NCBI GenBank assembly: GCA_964495145.1
Contig: CAZBUP010000002.1
Coordinates: 1 to 54,678 of the forward strand
Direction: 5' to 3'
DNA: 54,678 nucleotides
Source: an uncultured Staphylococcaceae bacterium
Lineage (GTDB): Bacteria; Bacillota_I; Bacilli_A; RFN20; CAG-826
The position numbers and the translations under genes are program-made. Positions 17,245 through 27,043 of this stretch are shown one piece after another (positions within the stretch are counted from its first letter, which is position 1; the number at the start of each line of letters is the position of its first letter). Under the pieces are notes generated by a model, which was given only the letters and a program-made list of their open reading frames with translations, had not been told where the DNA came from and searched no databases.

Positions 17245-18327
17245 ATGAAAAAGACGGTTCTTTACCCTGAACATATCCGGCTGCAGGCCCAAATCGTCCC
17301 GTTTGCCGACTATTTGATGCCGCTGCAATATGTTTCGATCGCCCACGAACATGACGCGGTGCGCCATCACGTCGGCATCTTTGATGTGTCGCATATGGGC
17401 GAAATCGTGATCGAAGGACCCGACAGCCTGGCTTTCGTCAATCAACTGGTCACCAATTTAATCAATCCGGGACCCCTTCATAAGGCCACTTACGCCATCA
17501 TGTGTCGAGAAGACGGCGGGGCCATCGACGATTTGTTCGTCTACCCGCTCGAAGCGGAAAAATACCTTTTGGTCGTCAACGCTTCCAACATCGGCAAAGA
17601 CGAGGCTTGGATTCGCCAACACGCTGCCGGCTACCGCGTCATGATCACCAACCGCTCGGACGCCTTTGGTCAAATCGCCATCCAAGGACCCGAGAGTCAA
17701 GCAGTGGTCGCCCCTTTGTTCCAGGCGGCGGTAACCGAACTAACATTCATGCAATATTTATTAACCGAATATCAAGGCCGGCCGGTCATCGTCTCGCGGT
17801 CGGGCTATACCGGCGAAGACGGGTTTGAAATTTATAGCGACCCAGATACCATTTTCGCTCTTTGGAAGCATTTCGTCGACGAAGCCGGAGTGACGCCATG
17901 CGGACTCGGCTGCCGCGATACCTTACGGTTCGAAGGGGCCTTGTCACTATATGGCCATGAGCTGAGCGATACCATCACCCCGATCGAAGCCGGGCTCAAA
18001 TTCGCCTGCAATTTTACCAAAGATTTCATTGGTAAGCCGGTTTTGGAAAAGCAGTGGGCCGAAGGCGCCAAACGCGCCTTGGTCGGCCTTGAGCTTTTGT
18101 CGCGGGGTATTGCCCGGGCCGATCACGAGGTGGCCGTTCAAGGAAAACCAATCGGATATGTGACGACCGGGTATCTCTTGCCGCATCAAGCGACCGGTTT
18201 GGCCTTGGCTTTAGTCGACAAGGCGTATAGCCAAATCGGCCAAGTGGTCGATATCATCATTCGCGGCCAAAACGTTCCCGCCCGCGTCCGCGATACTAAG
18301 TTCATGGAAAAGAAATATAAACGCTAA
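17245..18327 (+). CDS. gcvT: Glycine cleavage system T protein (aminomethyltransferase)
   Basis: LMPLQYVSIAHEHDAVRHHVGIFDVSHMGEI is a typical GcvT motif. RBS is AAGGAG. Confidence 0.95.
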   Translation: MKKTVLYPEHIRLQAQIVPFADYLMPLQYVSIAHEHDAVRHHVGIFDVSHMGEIVIEGPDSLAFVNQLVTNLINPGPLHKATYAIMCREDGGAIDDLFVYPLEAEKYLLVVNASNIGKDEAWIRQHAAGYRVMITNRSDAFGQIAIQGPESQAVVAPLFQAAVTELTFMQYLLTEYQGRPVIVSRSGYTGEDGFEIYSDPDTIFALWKHFVDEAGVTPCGLGCRDTLRFEGALSLYGHELSDTITPIEAGLKFACNFTKDFIGKPVLEKQWAEGAKRALVGLELLSRGIARADHEVAVQGKPIGYVTTGYLLPHQATGLALALVDKAYSQIGQVVDIIIRGQNVPARVRDTKFMEKKYKR

Positions 18328-18346
18328 ACATAAAGGAGCATGCATC

Positions 18347-18712
18347 ATGGAAAAACTTTTATTCTCAAAAACGCACGAATGGGTCAAAATCAACGGCGAC
18401 GAAGGCGAGATTGGCATCAGTGAGTATGCCGCGCACAGCCTCGGCGACGTCGTGTTCGTCGATTTGCCGGCGCTTGGGACCGTTTTCGCGGCCGATACCG
18501 AATTCGGCGCCATCGAAAGCGTCAAGGCGGCATCCGAACTGATGATGCCGGTCGCTGGCAAAGTCATCGCGGTCAACCAAACCTTGATCGATCAACCGGA
18601 ACTGATCAACCAAGACCCGATGGGCACCTGGCTCATCAAGGTCACGTTGACAAAGCCGATCGATGTCTCCAAACTTTTAAACGAAGCCGATTACGCCAAA
18701 CATCACGCATAA
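18347..18712 (+). CDS. gcvH: Glycine cleavage system H protein
   Basis: THEWVK...GISEYA...ESVKAASE contains the lipoyl-lysine motif; 121 aa. Confidence 0.95.
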   Translation: MEKLLFSKTHEWVKINGDEGEIGISEYAAHSLGDVVFVDLPALGTVFAADTEFGAIESVKAASELMMPVAGKVIAVNQTLIDQPELINQDPMGTWLIKVTLTKPIDVSKLLNEADYAKHHA

Positions 18713-20040
18713 TGAACCACCGATATTTGCCGGCGACCGAAGCCGACCTGCATTCGATGCTGGACGCTTTGCGTCTTGCTTCGCTCGATGACTTGTTTGC
18801 CCATTTGCCCGATGAAGTCCGTTTGAAGGAGCCTTATCATTTATCGCGGCCTTGTTCCGACGGCGAGGTGCGGACGGCCCTCAAGGAATTGACCGGACGC
18901 CCGCTGATATCGCTGCGCGGGTACGGGGCCTATGACCATGATCGTCCCGCCATCATCGACGCCATCGCCTCGCGCCAGGAATTCCTGACTTCCTACACGC
19001 CTTATCAGCCGGAAGTGTCCCAAGGGACCTTGCAGTATATCTTCGAATACCAGACCATGATTTGCGAATTGACGGGCATGGACGTCAGCAACGCCTCGAT
19101 GTACGATGGCTCGACGGCGGCCGCCGAAGCCATGATGATGGCCGTCAACCAAACAGGTAGGTCCCGTTTTCTCGTGGCCGAAGGGCTTCTGCCCCAAGTT
19201 TTGGAAACGCTGAAGACCTACGCCCATTTCCGCGGCGTGGAGTTGGTCACCATCCCCATGACCGAAAAAGGATTGGTCGATCAAGTCCGGCTCACGGACG
19301 CGCTACAAACGCCGAGCGCCGGATTCCTGATGGCTTACCCAAACCGGTTTGGCATCATCGCTTCGCTCAAGGATTTTGCCCCCTTAGTCCATCCAAGCGG
19401 GGCACTTTTGCTCGTATATGCCGATTTATTGGCGCTGAATGTCTTCAGCACGCCAGCCCAAGCCGAAGCCGACATCGTCTGCGGCGAAGCCCAAACCTTG
19501 GGCATCCCCCTCAGTTTCGGAGGCCCCTACCTTGGTTACTTGGCCACCAGCAACCGCTATGTCCGGAAAATGCCGGGCCGCATCTGCGGGATGACCAAAG
19601 ACAATCGGGGCCAGCGAGCCTACGTCTTGACGCTTCAGGCTCGTGAGCAGCACATTCGCCGCGAAAAAGCCAACAGCAACATTTGCTCGAACCAATCGCT
19701 CATGGCCTTACAGGCCACCATCTATGCGGTGACGCTTGGACGGGCCGGATTGAAAGAAGTGGCCGTCAATGCCATCAAAGCCACCCATTATCTGGCTGAA
19801 CAACTGATTAAAACGGAAAAATTCGATTTGACCTACCCGGCACCTTATGGTTATGAAGTCACGTTGACTTATCAAAAAAACATCTATGAATTGAACAAGC
19901 GGCTTGAAGCGAAAGGTTATCTGGGGGCGATGCCCCTCGATCAGCATCGCGGCGTTTTCTACGCCAGCGAGAAGATGACCAAAGCTTCGCTCGACGCCTT
20001 TGTCCAAGCCGTGGAGGTGGCCGACCATGAAATACGATAA
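18712..20040 (+). CDS. gcvPA: Glycine dehydrogenase (decarboxylating) subunit 1
   Basis: 442 aa, with [18 protein letters not shown] typical of P-protein subunit 1. A TAATG overlap joins it to gcvH. Confidence 0.93.
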   Translation: MNHRYLPATEADLHSMLDALRLASLDDLFAHLPDEVRLKEPYHLSRPCSDGEVRTALKELTGRPLISLRGYGAYDHDRPAIIDAIASRQEFLTSYTPYQPEVSQGTLQYIFEYQTMICELTGMDVSNASMYDGSTAAAEAMMMAVNQTGRSRFLVAEGLLPQVLETLKTYAHFRGVELVTIPMTEKGLVDQVRLTDALQTPSAGFLMAYPNRFGIIASLKDFAPLVHPSGALLLVYADLLALNVFSTPAQAEADIVCGEAQTLGIPLSFGGPYLGYLATSNRYVRKMPGRICGMTKDNRGQRAYVLTLQAREQHIRREKANSNICSNQSLMALQATIYAVTLGRAGLKEVAVNAIKATHYLAEQLIKTEKFDLTYPAPYGYEVTLTYQKNIYELNKRLEAKGYLGAMPLDQHRGVFYASEKMTKASLDAFVQAVEVADHEIR

Positions 20041-21487
20041 ATTGATTTACGAATTGTCGGTGCCCGGGCGTCGCGCTTACAATTTGCCGGAGCAAGATCT
20101 GCCCGACTTTGATTTGGAAAAGACATTTGGGACCGCTATGTTGCGGGAAGAGGCTCCCGACCTTCCCGAAGTGTCGGAACTCGACGTCGTCCGCCACTAC
20201 ACCAACCTGTCCAAGTTGAATTTCGGCGTCGAAAGCGGGTTTTATCCACTCGGCTCCTGCACCATGAAATATAATCCGAAAATCAACGACGAAGTGGCTA
20301 CTTTTGAAGGCTTCAGGGCCATCCATCCGCTTCAATCAGGAGCGACCGTGCAACCGTTATTGCGTCTATACGACGAATTATCCGCCATGCTTACGAACAT
20401 TTCGGGCATGGATGCCACCTCGCTCAACCCGTTTGCCGGCGCTCACGGCGAATTGACCGGGTTGATGATCATGAAAGCGTATCACGAACGCCGCGGCGAT
20501 TTAAAGCGCACCAAGATGATAATTCCCGACAGCGCCCATGGCACCAATCCGGCTTCCGCCGCCATGCTGGGCTTCGACTGTATCACCATCAAGTCGACCC
20601 CGAATGGCCTCGTCGATTTGGAGGCATTGAAGCAAGCCCTATCCGATGAAGTGGCCGGCATCATGCTCACTAATCCCAACACGTTGGGATTGTTCGAAAC
20701 GGATATTTTGGAAATCAGCCACCTGGTCCATGATTCAGGCGGACTTCTATATTACGACGGCGCCAATCTAAACGCGTTGCTCGGCGTGGCCCGTCCCGGG
20801 GACATGGGTTTCGACATCATGCATATGAATCTGCACAAAACCTTCTCGACTCCGCATGGCGGAGGCGGGCCCGGCAGCGGACCGGTCAGCGTTAAGCAAC
20901 ATCTGGCTCACTTGTTGCCGAATCCGCGCATCGTTAAAGCCAATGGGCGCTATGAGATCGTCCAAGACCCGCAGTCGATTGGCCAAATTAGCGGTTTCTA
21001 TGGGAACTTTTTGGTTTACGTCCGCGCTTATGCTTATCTTAAGGCGATGGGGACCGCCTTGAATTTGGTCGGTCCTTATGCCGTCTTGAATGCCAATTAC
21101 GTCAAAGCCAAGTTGCGCGATCGCTATGCGCTGGAAATCGATGCCCCGTACATGCATGAATTCGTCTTCAACGGCTTGGTCGACAAAACGACCGGGGTTC
21201 GGACGCTTGACATCGCCAAGCGGCTTTTGGATTACGGGGTCCACGCCCCGACGATTTATTTCCCGCTGTTGTTCGAGCAATCGATCATGATTGAGCCGAC
21301 CGAAGTCGAAAGCCGAGCCACGCTCGACCAATTCATCGACATCATGGCTCAGATCGCCGAGGAAGCCAAACACGAACCCGACTGCGTCAAACTGGCTCCG
21401 CACCTGACGCCGGTCGGCCGTCTCGACGAAGTCAGCGCCGCGCGGCATCCGGTCTTGAAATTCAAAGATTATGAACCCAAGATTTGA
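20027..21487 (+). CDS. gcvPB: Glycine dehydrogenase (decarboxylating) subunit 2
   Basis: [18 protein letters not shown] parallels GcvPB N-termini. [16 protein letters not shown] is the PLP-lysine motif. GGAGGTGG lies 6 nt upstream of ATG 20027. Confidence 0.93.
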   Translation: MKYDKLIYELSVPGRRAYNLPEQDLPDFDLEKTFGTAMLREEAPDLPEVSELDVVRHYTNLSKLNFGVESGFYPLGSCTMKYNPKINDEVATFEGFRAIHPLQSGATVQPLLRLYDELSAMLTNISGMDATSLNPFAGAHGELTGLMIMKAYHERRGDLKRTKMIIPDSAHGTNPASAAMLGFDCITIKSTPNGLVDLEALKQALSDEVAGIMLTNPNTLGLFETDILEISHLVHDSGGLLYYDGANLNALLGVARPGDMGFDIMHMNLHKTFSTPHGGGGPGSGPVSVKQHLAHLLPNPRIVKANGRYEIVQDPQSIGQISGFYGNFLVYVRAYAYLKAMGTALNLVGPYAVLNANYVKAKLRDRYALEIDAPYMHEFVFNGLVDKTTGVRTLDIAKRLLDYGVHAPTIYFPLLFEQSIMIEPTEVESRATLDQFIDIMAQIAEEAKHEPDCVKLAPHLTPVGRLDEVSAARHPVLKFKDYEPKI

Positions 21488-22682
21488 TTACATCGTCATC
21501 GGCGCCGGTCCCGGCGGCGTTGAAGCCGCTTTGGAAATCAGACGGCAAAACCTGTCGGTCCTTTTAATCGAGAAGGACAAGTGGGGCGGGACTTGCCTTC
21601 ATCAAGGATGCATTCCCACCAAGGCCTTGCTTCACGCCACGAAACAACCGTTTAACGGGGATTTGCTGGTGTTATTCGCCGAAGTATTCGCCAAAATCGA
21701 AGCGATTGCCTCGAATTTGGTCATCAATTTGAAGCAGGCCGGGGTAACGCTGATCCAAGGTCAGGCCACCATTGTCGACGCCAATCAAGTCCGGGTCGAC
21801 GATCAAGTTTATGAGACCGATCAGGTGATTTTCGCCGGCGGATCGGCCCCGATCGTGCTTAAAATACCCGGAATCGAGGGACCCAACGTCTACGATAGCG
21901 AAACGATTTATTCGTTGTCGACCCTTCCTAAACGCATGGCTATCATCGGAGGTGGCTATATTGGATTCGAATGGGCGACTATTTTCACCAATCTCGGTGT
22001 CGAGGTTACCATTTATGAAGCGCTCCCGGCCGTGCTATCGGGCTTTGACGACGACTTGGTGCGCCGTTTTCTGACGCTACAAAGGCACCGTCGACTGATG
22101 GTCAAAACCAATAGCAAGGTCAACTCCCTCGATGAGCATCAAGGGCAAGTAACCCTAACTTCATCCGACGGCACGTCCGACTACGATGCCGTCATGGTGG
22201 CGGTCGGCCGCCGGCCAATCGATATCGACTTGCCGGAAGGCGTCATGAAGTTGGGCGATGCTTCGGGATCCCCTTTGTTGGCCCACAAGGCCAGCGCCGA
22301 AGCCAAAGCCTTGTTCACCCACGACTTCCATGAGCGGATCATCCCTTCGGCCATGTTCACGGAACCGGAAATCGCCGCCACCGGATTGACTGAAAAGAAC
22401 CTTAAAGCCCAAGGACGCGAGTATGCGACTGTGAAGCTTCCCTACCGGGCCAACGCCAAGGCTTTCGTCACCGGCGTTGACGAAGGTTATGTCAAACTGA
22501 TTGTTGATCCCAACAAGGAATATTTACTGGGTGCGGCCATCATCGGCCAGGGGGCCAGCGACATCATCAATGTTTTGACGTTGGCCATCGAGGAGAACAT
22601 ACCCATCGCCAAATTAAAACGCCTGGTCTTTCCCCATCCGACGATCGGAGAGGTGATCGGCCAAGCGTTATCGAGTATCTAG
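21471..22682 (+). CDS. lpdA: Dihydrolipoyl dehydrogenase-like flavoprotein (compact E3; probable L protein of the glycine cleavage system)
   Basis: The FAD motif VIGAGPGG, the redox disulfide [13 protein letters not shown], the NAD motif [10 protein letters not shown] and the C-terminal HPTIGE dyad are all present. At 403 aa it is short for an E3. It overlaps the gcvPB 3' end by 17 nt. Confidence 0.8.
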   Translation: MNPRFDYIVIGAGPGGVEAALEIRRQNLSVLLIEKDKWGGTCLHQGCIPTKALLHATKQPFNGDLLVLFAEVFAKIEAIASNLVINLKQAGVTLIQGQATIVDANQVRVDDQVYETDQVIFAGGSAPIVLKIPGIEGPNVYDSETIYSLSTLPKRMAIIGGGYIGFEWATIFTNLGVEVTIYEALPAVLSGFDDDLVRRFLTLQRHRRLMVKTNSKVNSLDEHQGQVTLTSSDGTSDYDAVMVAVGRRPIDIDLPEGVMKLGDASGSPLLAHKASAEAKALFTHDFHERIIPSAMFTEPEIAATGLTEKNLKAQGREYATVKLPYRANAKAFVTGVDEGYVKLIVDPNKEYLLGAAIIGQGASDIINVLTLAIEENIPIAKLKRLVFPHPTIGEVIGQALSSI

Positions 22683-22708
22683 AAAAAAACGGCATGTGCC
22701 GTTTTTTA
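22683..22708. terminator. Bidirectional intrinsic terminator between convergent lpd and rplT
   Basis: AAAAAAA-ACGGCA-TG-TGCCGT-TTTTTT; the A-run and T-run are symmetric. Confidence 0.85.
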
Positions 22709-23065
22709 TTTGGAAATTTGCTTTTTGACGTCAAGGACCAGCTTTTGGAAACTGGGGAAATCGTTGATGGCCAACTCGGACAGCATCTTCCGGTTGATGG
22801 CGATGTTGGCTAAGCGGAGGCCGTGCATCATTTGGCTGTAGGAAATGTCGCACATGTGGCAAGCGGCATTGATGCGCTTGATCCACAATTTACGGAAATC
22901 GGACTTGATATTGCGCCGATCGTTGTAGGCGTATTGGAGCGAGTGCATGACTTGCTCTTGCGCGGTTTTAAATAAAATGTGCTTGCTGCCGAAATAGCCG
23001 CTTGCTTGCTTCAGGACTGCTTTGCGTCTTTGACGGGTGACGATGCCACCTTTGACTCGTGCCAT
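22706..23065 (-). CDS. rplT: 50S ribosomal protein L20
   Basis: [26 protein letters not shown] is canonical L20. Confidence 0.97.
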   Translation of the reverse strand: MARVKGGIVTRQRRKAVLKQASGYFGSKHILFKTAQEQVMHSLQYAYNDRRNIKSDFRKLWIKRINAACHMCDISYSQMMHGLRLANIAINRKMLSELAINDFPSFQKLVLDVKKQISK

Positions 23066-23080
23066 GTTGTGTTCCTCCGA

Positions 23081-23272
23081 TTACGAAATTAAGATGCGGA
23101 CCCGCTTAACATCGGTCGGGTGCATTTGGCGGCCCTTTTGCAGGTGCCGTTTTTGCTTCGTGGTCTTATTGGGAGCCAAGTGGCCGGTATAGGCGGACTT
23201 GTGGATGATTTTCCCGGTTTTGGTAATCTTGATGCGCTTCATCAAGGCGCGTTTGCTTTTCATTTTAGGCAT
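23081..23272 (-). CDS. rpmI: 50S ribosomal protein L35
   Basis: MPKMKSKRALMKRIKITKTGKI is canonical L35; 63 aa. Confidence 0.95.
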   Translation of the reverse strand: MPKMKSKRALMKRIKITKTGKIIHKSAYTGHLAPNKTTKQKRHLQKGRQMHPTDVKRVRILIS

Positions 23273-23284
23273 AATGTTGTTCCT

Positions 23285-23833
23285 TCATTTCTTGGCTTTG
23301 CTAGCTAGGATTGCGATGAGCAATTTCCCTTCAAGGGCCGGTTTTTTCTCGATGGTGGACAGGTCTTCGACCATTTGGATGAATTTTTCCATGGTGGCGT
23401 TGCCGTTTTCCTGATGGGCGATTTGCCGGCCGCGGTAGCGCAGGGCGACTTTGATCTTGTTGCCTTCTTCAAGGAAGCGACGAGCCGCTTTGACTTTGAC
23501 CATCAGGTCATGTTCGCCGATCTGGGGCGTCAATTGCACCTCTTTGATGTCGATGACGTGCTGGTTTTTCTTGGCTTCGCGCTGTTTCTTTTGCTGATCG
23601 AAACGATGCTTGCCGTAATCGAGAATCTTGCACACGGGCGGATTGGCGCTCGGAGCCACGCAGAGGAGATCCATGTCGAATCCGGCCGCCGCCGCGAACG
23701 CGGCATCGCGCGACAAGATTCCGAGTTGTTGACCTTCGGGTCCGATGACGAGCATCCGCGGAAAACGGATCGTCTCATTGACGAGATCGCTCGATTTTTG
23801 GTTGGGCTTGACGGGAAAATTATAATAAGCTAT
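23285..23833 (-). CDS. infC: Translation initiation factor IF-3, predicted non-canonical AUA start
   Basis: The ORF track starts at ATG 23755. However, the conserved IF-3 N-terminal segment (KPNQKSSDLVNETIRFPR-MLVIGPEGQQLGI) is encoded in frame upstream of it, with no ATG/GTG/TTG. AGGAGG (23847-23842) lies 8 nt upstream of in-frame ATA (23833-23831). An in-frame TAG lies at 23851-23849. Confidence 0.8.
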   Translation of the reverse strand: MAYYNFPVKPNQKSSDLVNETIRFPRMLVIGPEGQQLGILSRDAAFAAAAGFDMDLLCVAPSANPPVCKILDYGKHRFDQQKKQREAKKNQHVIDIKEVQLTPQIGEHDLMVKVKAARRFLEEGNKIKVALRYRGRQIAHQENGNATMEKFIQMVEDLSTIEKKPALEGKLLIAILASKAKK

Positions 23834-23957
23834 ACAAGTGTCCTCCTGCTAATAAAAAACGGGCGCAAAGCGCCCGTTATCGTGTTCGACTAGCTATTGA
23901 CCTATCCAGTGACTGAATCAGGTGAGAAGGGGCGCTTCTGCTTTCTATTTTTATTGC
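23834..23957 (-). promoter_or_regulatory. infC-rpmI-rplT leader with an intrinsic attenuator (L20-leader-like)
   Basis: On the minus strand there is a hairpin AGAAGCGCCCCTTCT, then the terminator ACGGGCGC-TTT-GCGCCCGT plus TTTTTAT (23878-23852) immediately before the infC RBS. GCGCCC of the first hairpin can pair instead with GGGCGC of the terminator. Confidence 0.55.
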
Positions 23958-23963
23958 TCGTTT

Positions 23964-23992
23964 ATATTAACAATATTGCGATGGGTTGTCAA
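23964..23992 (-). promoter_or_regulatory. Sigma-A type promoter of the infC operon
   Basis: On the minus strand: TTGACA (23992-23987), 17-nt spacer, TAATAT (23969-23964). It begins directly after the thrS stop codon. Confidence 0.65.
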
Positions 23993-25912
23993 TCATTTAA
24001 TCACAGTCGGCACTTGGGATTTCTTGGCGATCTCGTCGAGCAAGCCCTGAATCAACTCATCAAGGCCGAACGGGACCTGCGTTTCAAGGCCGTAGCGCCG
24101 CGCCATGACCGTTTGGGCGGCGGCTTCCTTGTCGCCGACCACCAAGGTGACTGGTATTTTGTTGACTTGGGCGTTGCGGAGCCGGTAGCCGAGCTTTTCT
24201 TCGCTGGCGTCGAGTTCGACCCGCAGCCCGTTTTTGGTCAAGGCAGCCACCACTTGCTTCGCGTAGTCTAGATGCAATGCTTGATGGACTGGCAAGACGA
24301 TGGCTTGAACCGGGGCTAGCCATAAGGGGAAGGCGCCCCCGTAATGTTCGATCAAAATGCCGATGAACCGTTCAAGGCTGCCGTAGATGGCGCGGTGCAA
24401 CATGATGGGACGGACTTTTTCGTTATTCTCGTTGATATAGGTCAAATCAAACCGCTCCGGCAAATTCATGTCGAGTTGGATCGTGCCGCATTGCCAGATT
24501 CGGTTCATTGAATCCTTGAGTTTGAAGTCAAGCTTGGGCCCGTAGAAGGCCCCGTCGCCGGGATTCAGCGTAAAGGGTTTTCCAATCGAACGGCAGGCTT
24601 CGGCCAAGGCCGCTTCCGACTTGTCCCAAATGTCAATCGAACCGATATAGTCTTTTTCAGGCCGGGTCGAAAGATGGATGTCGTACTTCAGGCCGAAAAT
24701 GTCATAGAAGTAATCGAACAGGTGCAAAAGTCGGACTACTTCGCTGATCAATTGATCGGGCCGGCAGTAGATGTGGGCGTCGTCTTGGGTGAAATTACGG
24801 ACTCGGAAGAGGCCGCTGAGGGCCCCGCTGGCTTCATGGCGGTGGACCAAGCCGAGTTCCCCAACCCGCAACGGCAAGTCTTTGTAGGAGTGCAGGCTGT
24901 TTTTGTAAACGAGCATGCCGCCGGGGCAGTTCATCGGTTTGATGGCGAAATCCTTGTCTTCGATCGACGAGGTATACATGTTTTGGCGGTAATTGTACCA
25001 GTGACCGCTGATTTCCCAGAGTTCGCGCGATAGCATGATCGGGGTTTCGACGAAGGTATAGCCTTCCCGGCGATGGACTTCGTACCAAAACCGTTCCAGA
25101 ACCGTCTTCAAGGTCAAGCCTTTGTCAAGCCAGAAGGGAAAACCGGGCCCATATTCGGAAATCATGAACAAGCCGAGTTCCCGGCCGAGTTTACGGTGGT
25201 CGCGCAGTTTCCGTTGTTCCAGCAGCTCAAGATGGGCCGACAAAGCCTCTTGGCTGAAGAAGGCCGTCCCATAGATGCGGGTCAACTGCTTATTGTCGCT
25301 ATTGCCGCGCCAATAAGCGCCGGCAACCGATAGGAGCTTGAAGTGCTTAACATAGCCGGTGCTCGGCAGGTGCGGGCCGGCGCACAAATCCAGAAAATCG
25401 CCTTGGCGATAGAGGCTGATCTGATTGTCGATGTCCTTGATCAGCTCGACCTTGTATTCGTTGTCCTTGAAAAGGGTCAAGGCCGTTTCCTTATCGACTT
25501 CCTCGCGGAGAATCGGAAAATTGGCTTGGCTCAGCCGTCTCATTTCCTTTTCGATGGCCGGAAAGGCCGCGTCGGTGATGACGGTCGGAGTATCGACATC
25601 ATAATAGAAACCTTCCTCAATACTGGGCCCGAAGCCGAATTTGATGCCGGGATACAAGTTTTGAAGGGCTTGGGCCATCAAATGCGAGGCATCGTGTCGC
25701 AACATGGAGAGAGCCTCGGGGTCGTTTTCGTCGATGAAGGCCAGCGTACCGTCATGATCGATCAATCGGCGCATGTCATAAAGGTGCCCGTCGAGGCGAT
25801 AGGCCAGGCTTTTCTTGGCGAGGCTCGGGCTGAGCGTTTTGGCCAAGTCAAAACCGGATAGGGGTTCCTTCAATTCGTAGGGTTGGCCATCCATCAGTAT
25901 CAGTTTCATCAT
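23993..25912 (-). CDS. thrS: Threonyl-tRNA synthetase
   Basis: About 639 aa, with a TGS N-domain, class II motifs and the editing-domain motif HDASHLMAQA. AGGAGG (25926-25921) lies 8 nt upstream of ATG 25912. The ORF-track GTG at 25918 is too close to the RBS. Confidence 0.95.
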   Translation of the reverse strand: MMKLILMDGQPYELKEPLSGFDLAKTLSPSLAKKSLAYRLDGHLYDMRRLIDHDGTLAFIDENDPEALSMLRHDASHLMAQALQNLYPGIKFGFGPSIEEGFYYDVDTPTVITDAAFPAIEKEMRRLSQANFPILREEVDKETALTLFKDNEYKVELIKDIDNQISLYRQGDFLDLCAGPHLPSTGYVKHFKLLSVAGAYWRGNSDNKQLTRIYGTAFFSQEALSAHLELLEQRKLRDHRKLGRELGLFMISEYGPGFPFWLDKGLTLKTVLERFWYEVHRREGYTFVETPIMLSRELWEISGHWYNYRQNMYTSSIEDKDFAIKPMNCPGGMLVYKNSLHSYKDLPLRVGELGLVHRHEASGALSGLFRVRNFTQDDAHIYCRPDQLISEVVRLLHLFDYFYDIFGLKYDIHLSTRPEKDYIGSIDIWDKSEAALAEACRSIGKPFTLNPGDGAFYGPKLDFKLKDSMNRIWQCGTIQLDMNLPERFDLTYINENNEKVRPIMLHRAIYGSLERFIGILIEHYGGAFPLWLAPVQAIVLPVHQALHLDYAKQVVAALTKNGLRVELDASEEKLGYRLRNAQVNKIPVTLVVGDKEAAAQTVMARRYGLETQVPFGLDELIQGLLDEIAKKSQVPTVIK

Positions 25913-25926
25913 GTTCACATCCTCCT

Positions 25927-26139
25927 AAATAAGAAAAGCGTCCTTATAAGGACGCTTAATGCGCGGTACCACCTTAATTCGCATCAATCGATGCGCTCTC
26001 GAGTGCGTTAACGCCGCCGACGGCGAATTCATCATTCGCGGCTCCGAAGCGGTACTGATCGCCACCCAACGGAATCCTCGCACCGAGTCGATTCCTCGCT
26101 GATTTGGGCTAGCGGCAGCGTGTCTTCATCTTCGCCAGT
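25927..26139 (-). promoter_or_regulatory. T-box riboswitch leader of thrS, with predicted specifier ACC (Thr)
   Basis: On the minus strand, the T-box motif AATTAAGGTGGTACCGCGC corresponds to plus-strand 25961-25979. The terminator is a perfect 22-nt palindrome AAGCGTCCTTATAAGGACGCTT (25936-25957) followed by TTTCTTATTT. Stem I elements AGCGAG and TCGGTGCGAGG are present. ACC (complement of 26051-26053) is followed by G and then by helix CTTCG, which pairs with CGAAG. Confidence 0.85.
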
Positions 26140-26145
26140 AGTCAA

Positions 26146-26174
26146 ATTATAGAACTTGACCGGGATAAAATCAA
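26146..26174 (-). promoter_or_regulatory. Sigma-A type promoter of the thrS leader
   Basis: On the minus strand: TTGATT (26174-26169), 17-nt spacer, TATAAT (26151-26146). Confidence 0.65.
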
Positions 26175-27032
26175 TTACGAAGCGACTTTGAGATTGAATC
26201 CGAAGCCGACCGTGCCCGGGCCGGTATGGGCGCAGACATTGATCGACAGGGGCCGGAGATGGATTTCGAAATTCGGGAAATGCTTTTCGAGCATGGCGTA
26301 CATCATTTCGATGTTGGCCGTCGTCGTATCGAATTGCAGGATGTCGATGCTGAATTTATTGGCTTCGAACTTGTTGGCTTTTTTCATTTCGACCAAGGCT
26401 TCTTCGATGGCTTTCTTCAAACTGCGCGTGGCGCCTTTCTTGCCGATGCCGCCGTCTTCAAAGGTCAAGATGGGCTTGAGGCCGATAAAATTGCCGATGG
26501 CGGCCACGGTTGCGGAAACCCGCCCGCCGTTTTTAAGGAAGGTCAGCGATTCGGGTACGAATATCACGTATTCTTGACCAATGCGTGGCATGATCTCGTC
26601 TTTGATGGCCAGGGCTGACAAACCTTCGTCGCGCAGTTTCAAAGCTGTCAAGACGTGGTTGGCCATGAACGAACAGATCGAATAAGAGTCGATGACGATG
26701 ACTTTATCGCCGTATAAATCGCGGCAGGTTACCGTGAAGAGCTCAAACATCGACGATAATTTGCTGGAGATGGTGAAATGAACGACTTGCTCGTAGCCTT
26801 GCTCAAAAATGGCGTTGAAGAAGTTTTCAATTTCGACCGGCGTCGGGGTAGAGGTCGAAATGCGGCTGCCGGCCCGCATGAAAACGGCCAGCTCCTCTTT
26901 GGTGATGTCGATGTCGTCGTGGTATTCCTTGCCGTCGACGATGACGTTCAAGGGCATCACGAAGATGCCGATCTCTTTGGCTTCGACTTGGGTGATTGAC
27001 AATGTGGAATCGGAACTGATGGCGATCTTCAT
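26175..27032 (-). CDS. DegV-family fatty-acid-binding protein
   Basis: MKIAISSDSTLSI...MPLNVIVDGKEYHD and the 285-aa length are typical of DegV. RBS is AAGGAG. Confidence 0.85.
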   Translation of the reverse strand: MKIAISSDSTLSITQVEAKEIGIFVMPLNVIVDGKEYHDDIDITKEELAVFMRAGSRISTSTPTPVEIENFFNAIFEQGYEQVVHFTISSKLSSMFELFTVTCRDLYGDKVIVIDSYSICSFMANHVLTALKLRDEGLSALAIKDEIMPRIGQEYVIFVPESLTFLKNGGRVSATVAAIGNFIGLKPILTFEDGGIGKKGATRSLKKAIEEALVEMKKANKFEANKFSIDILQFDTTTANIEMMYAMLEKHFPNFEIHLRPLSINVCAHTGPGTVGFGFNLKVAS

Positions 27033-27043
27033 AAGGCGTCTCC

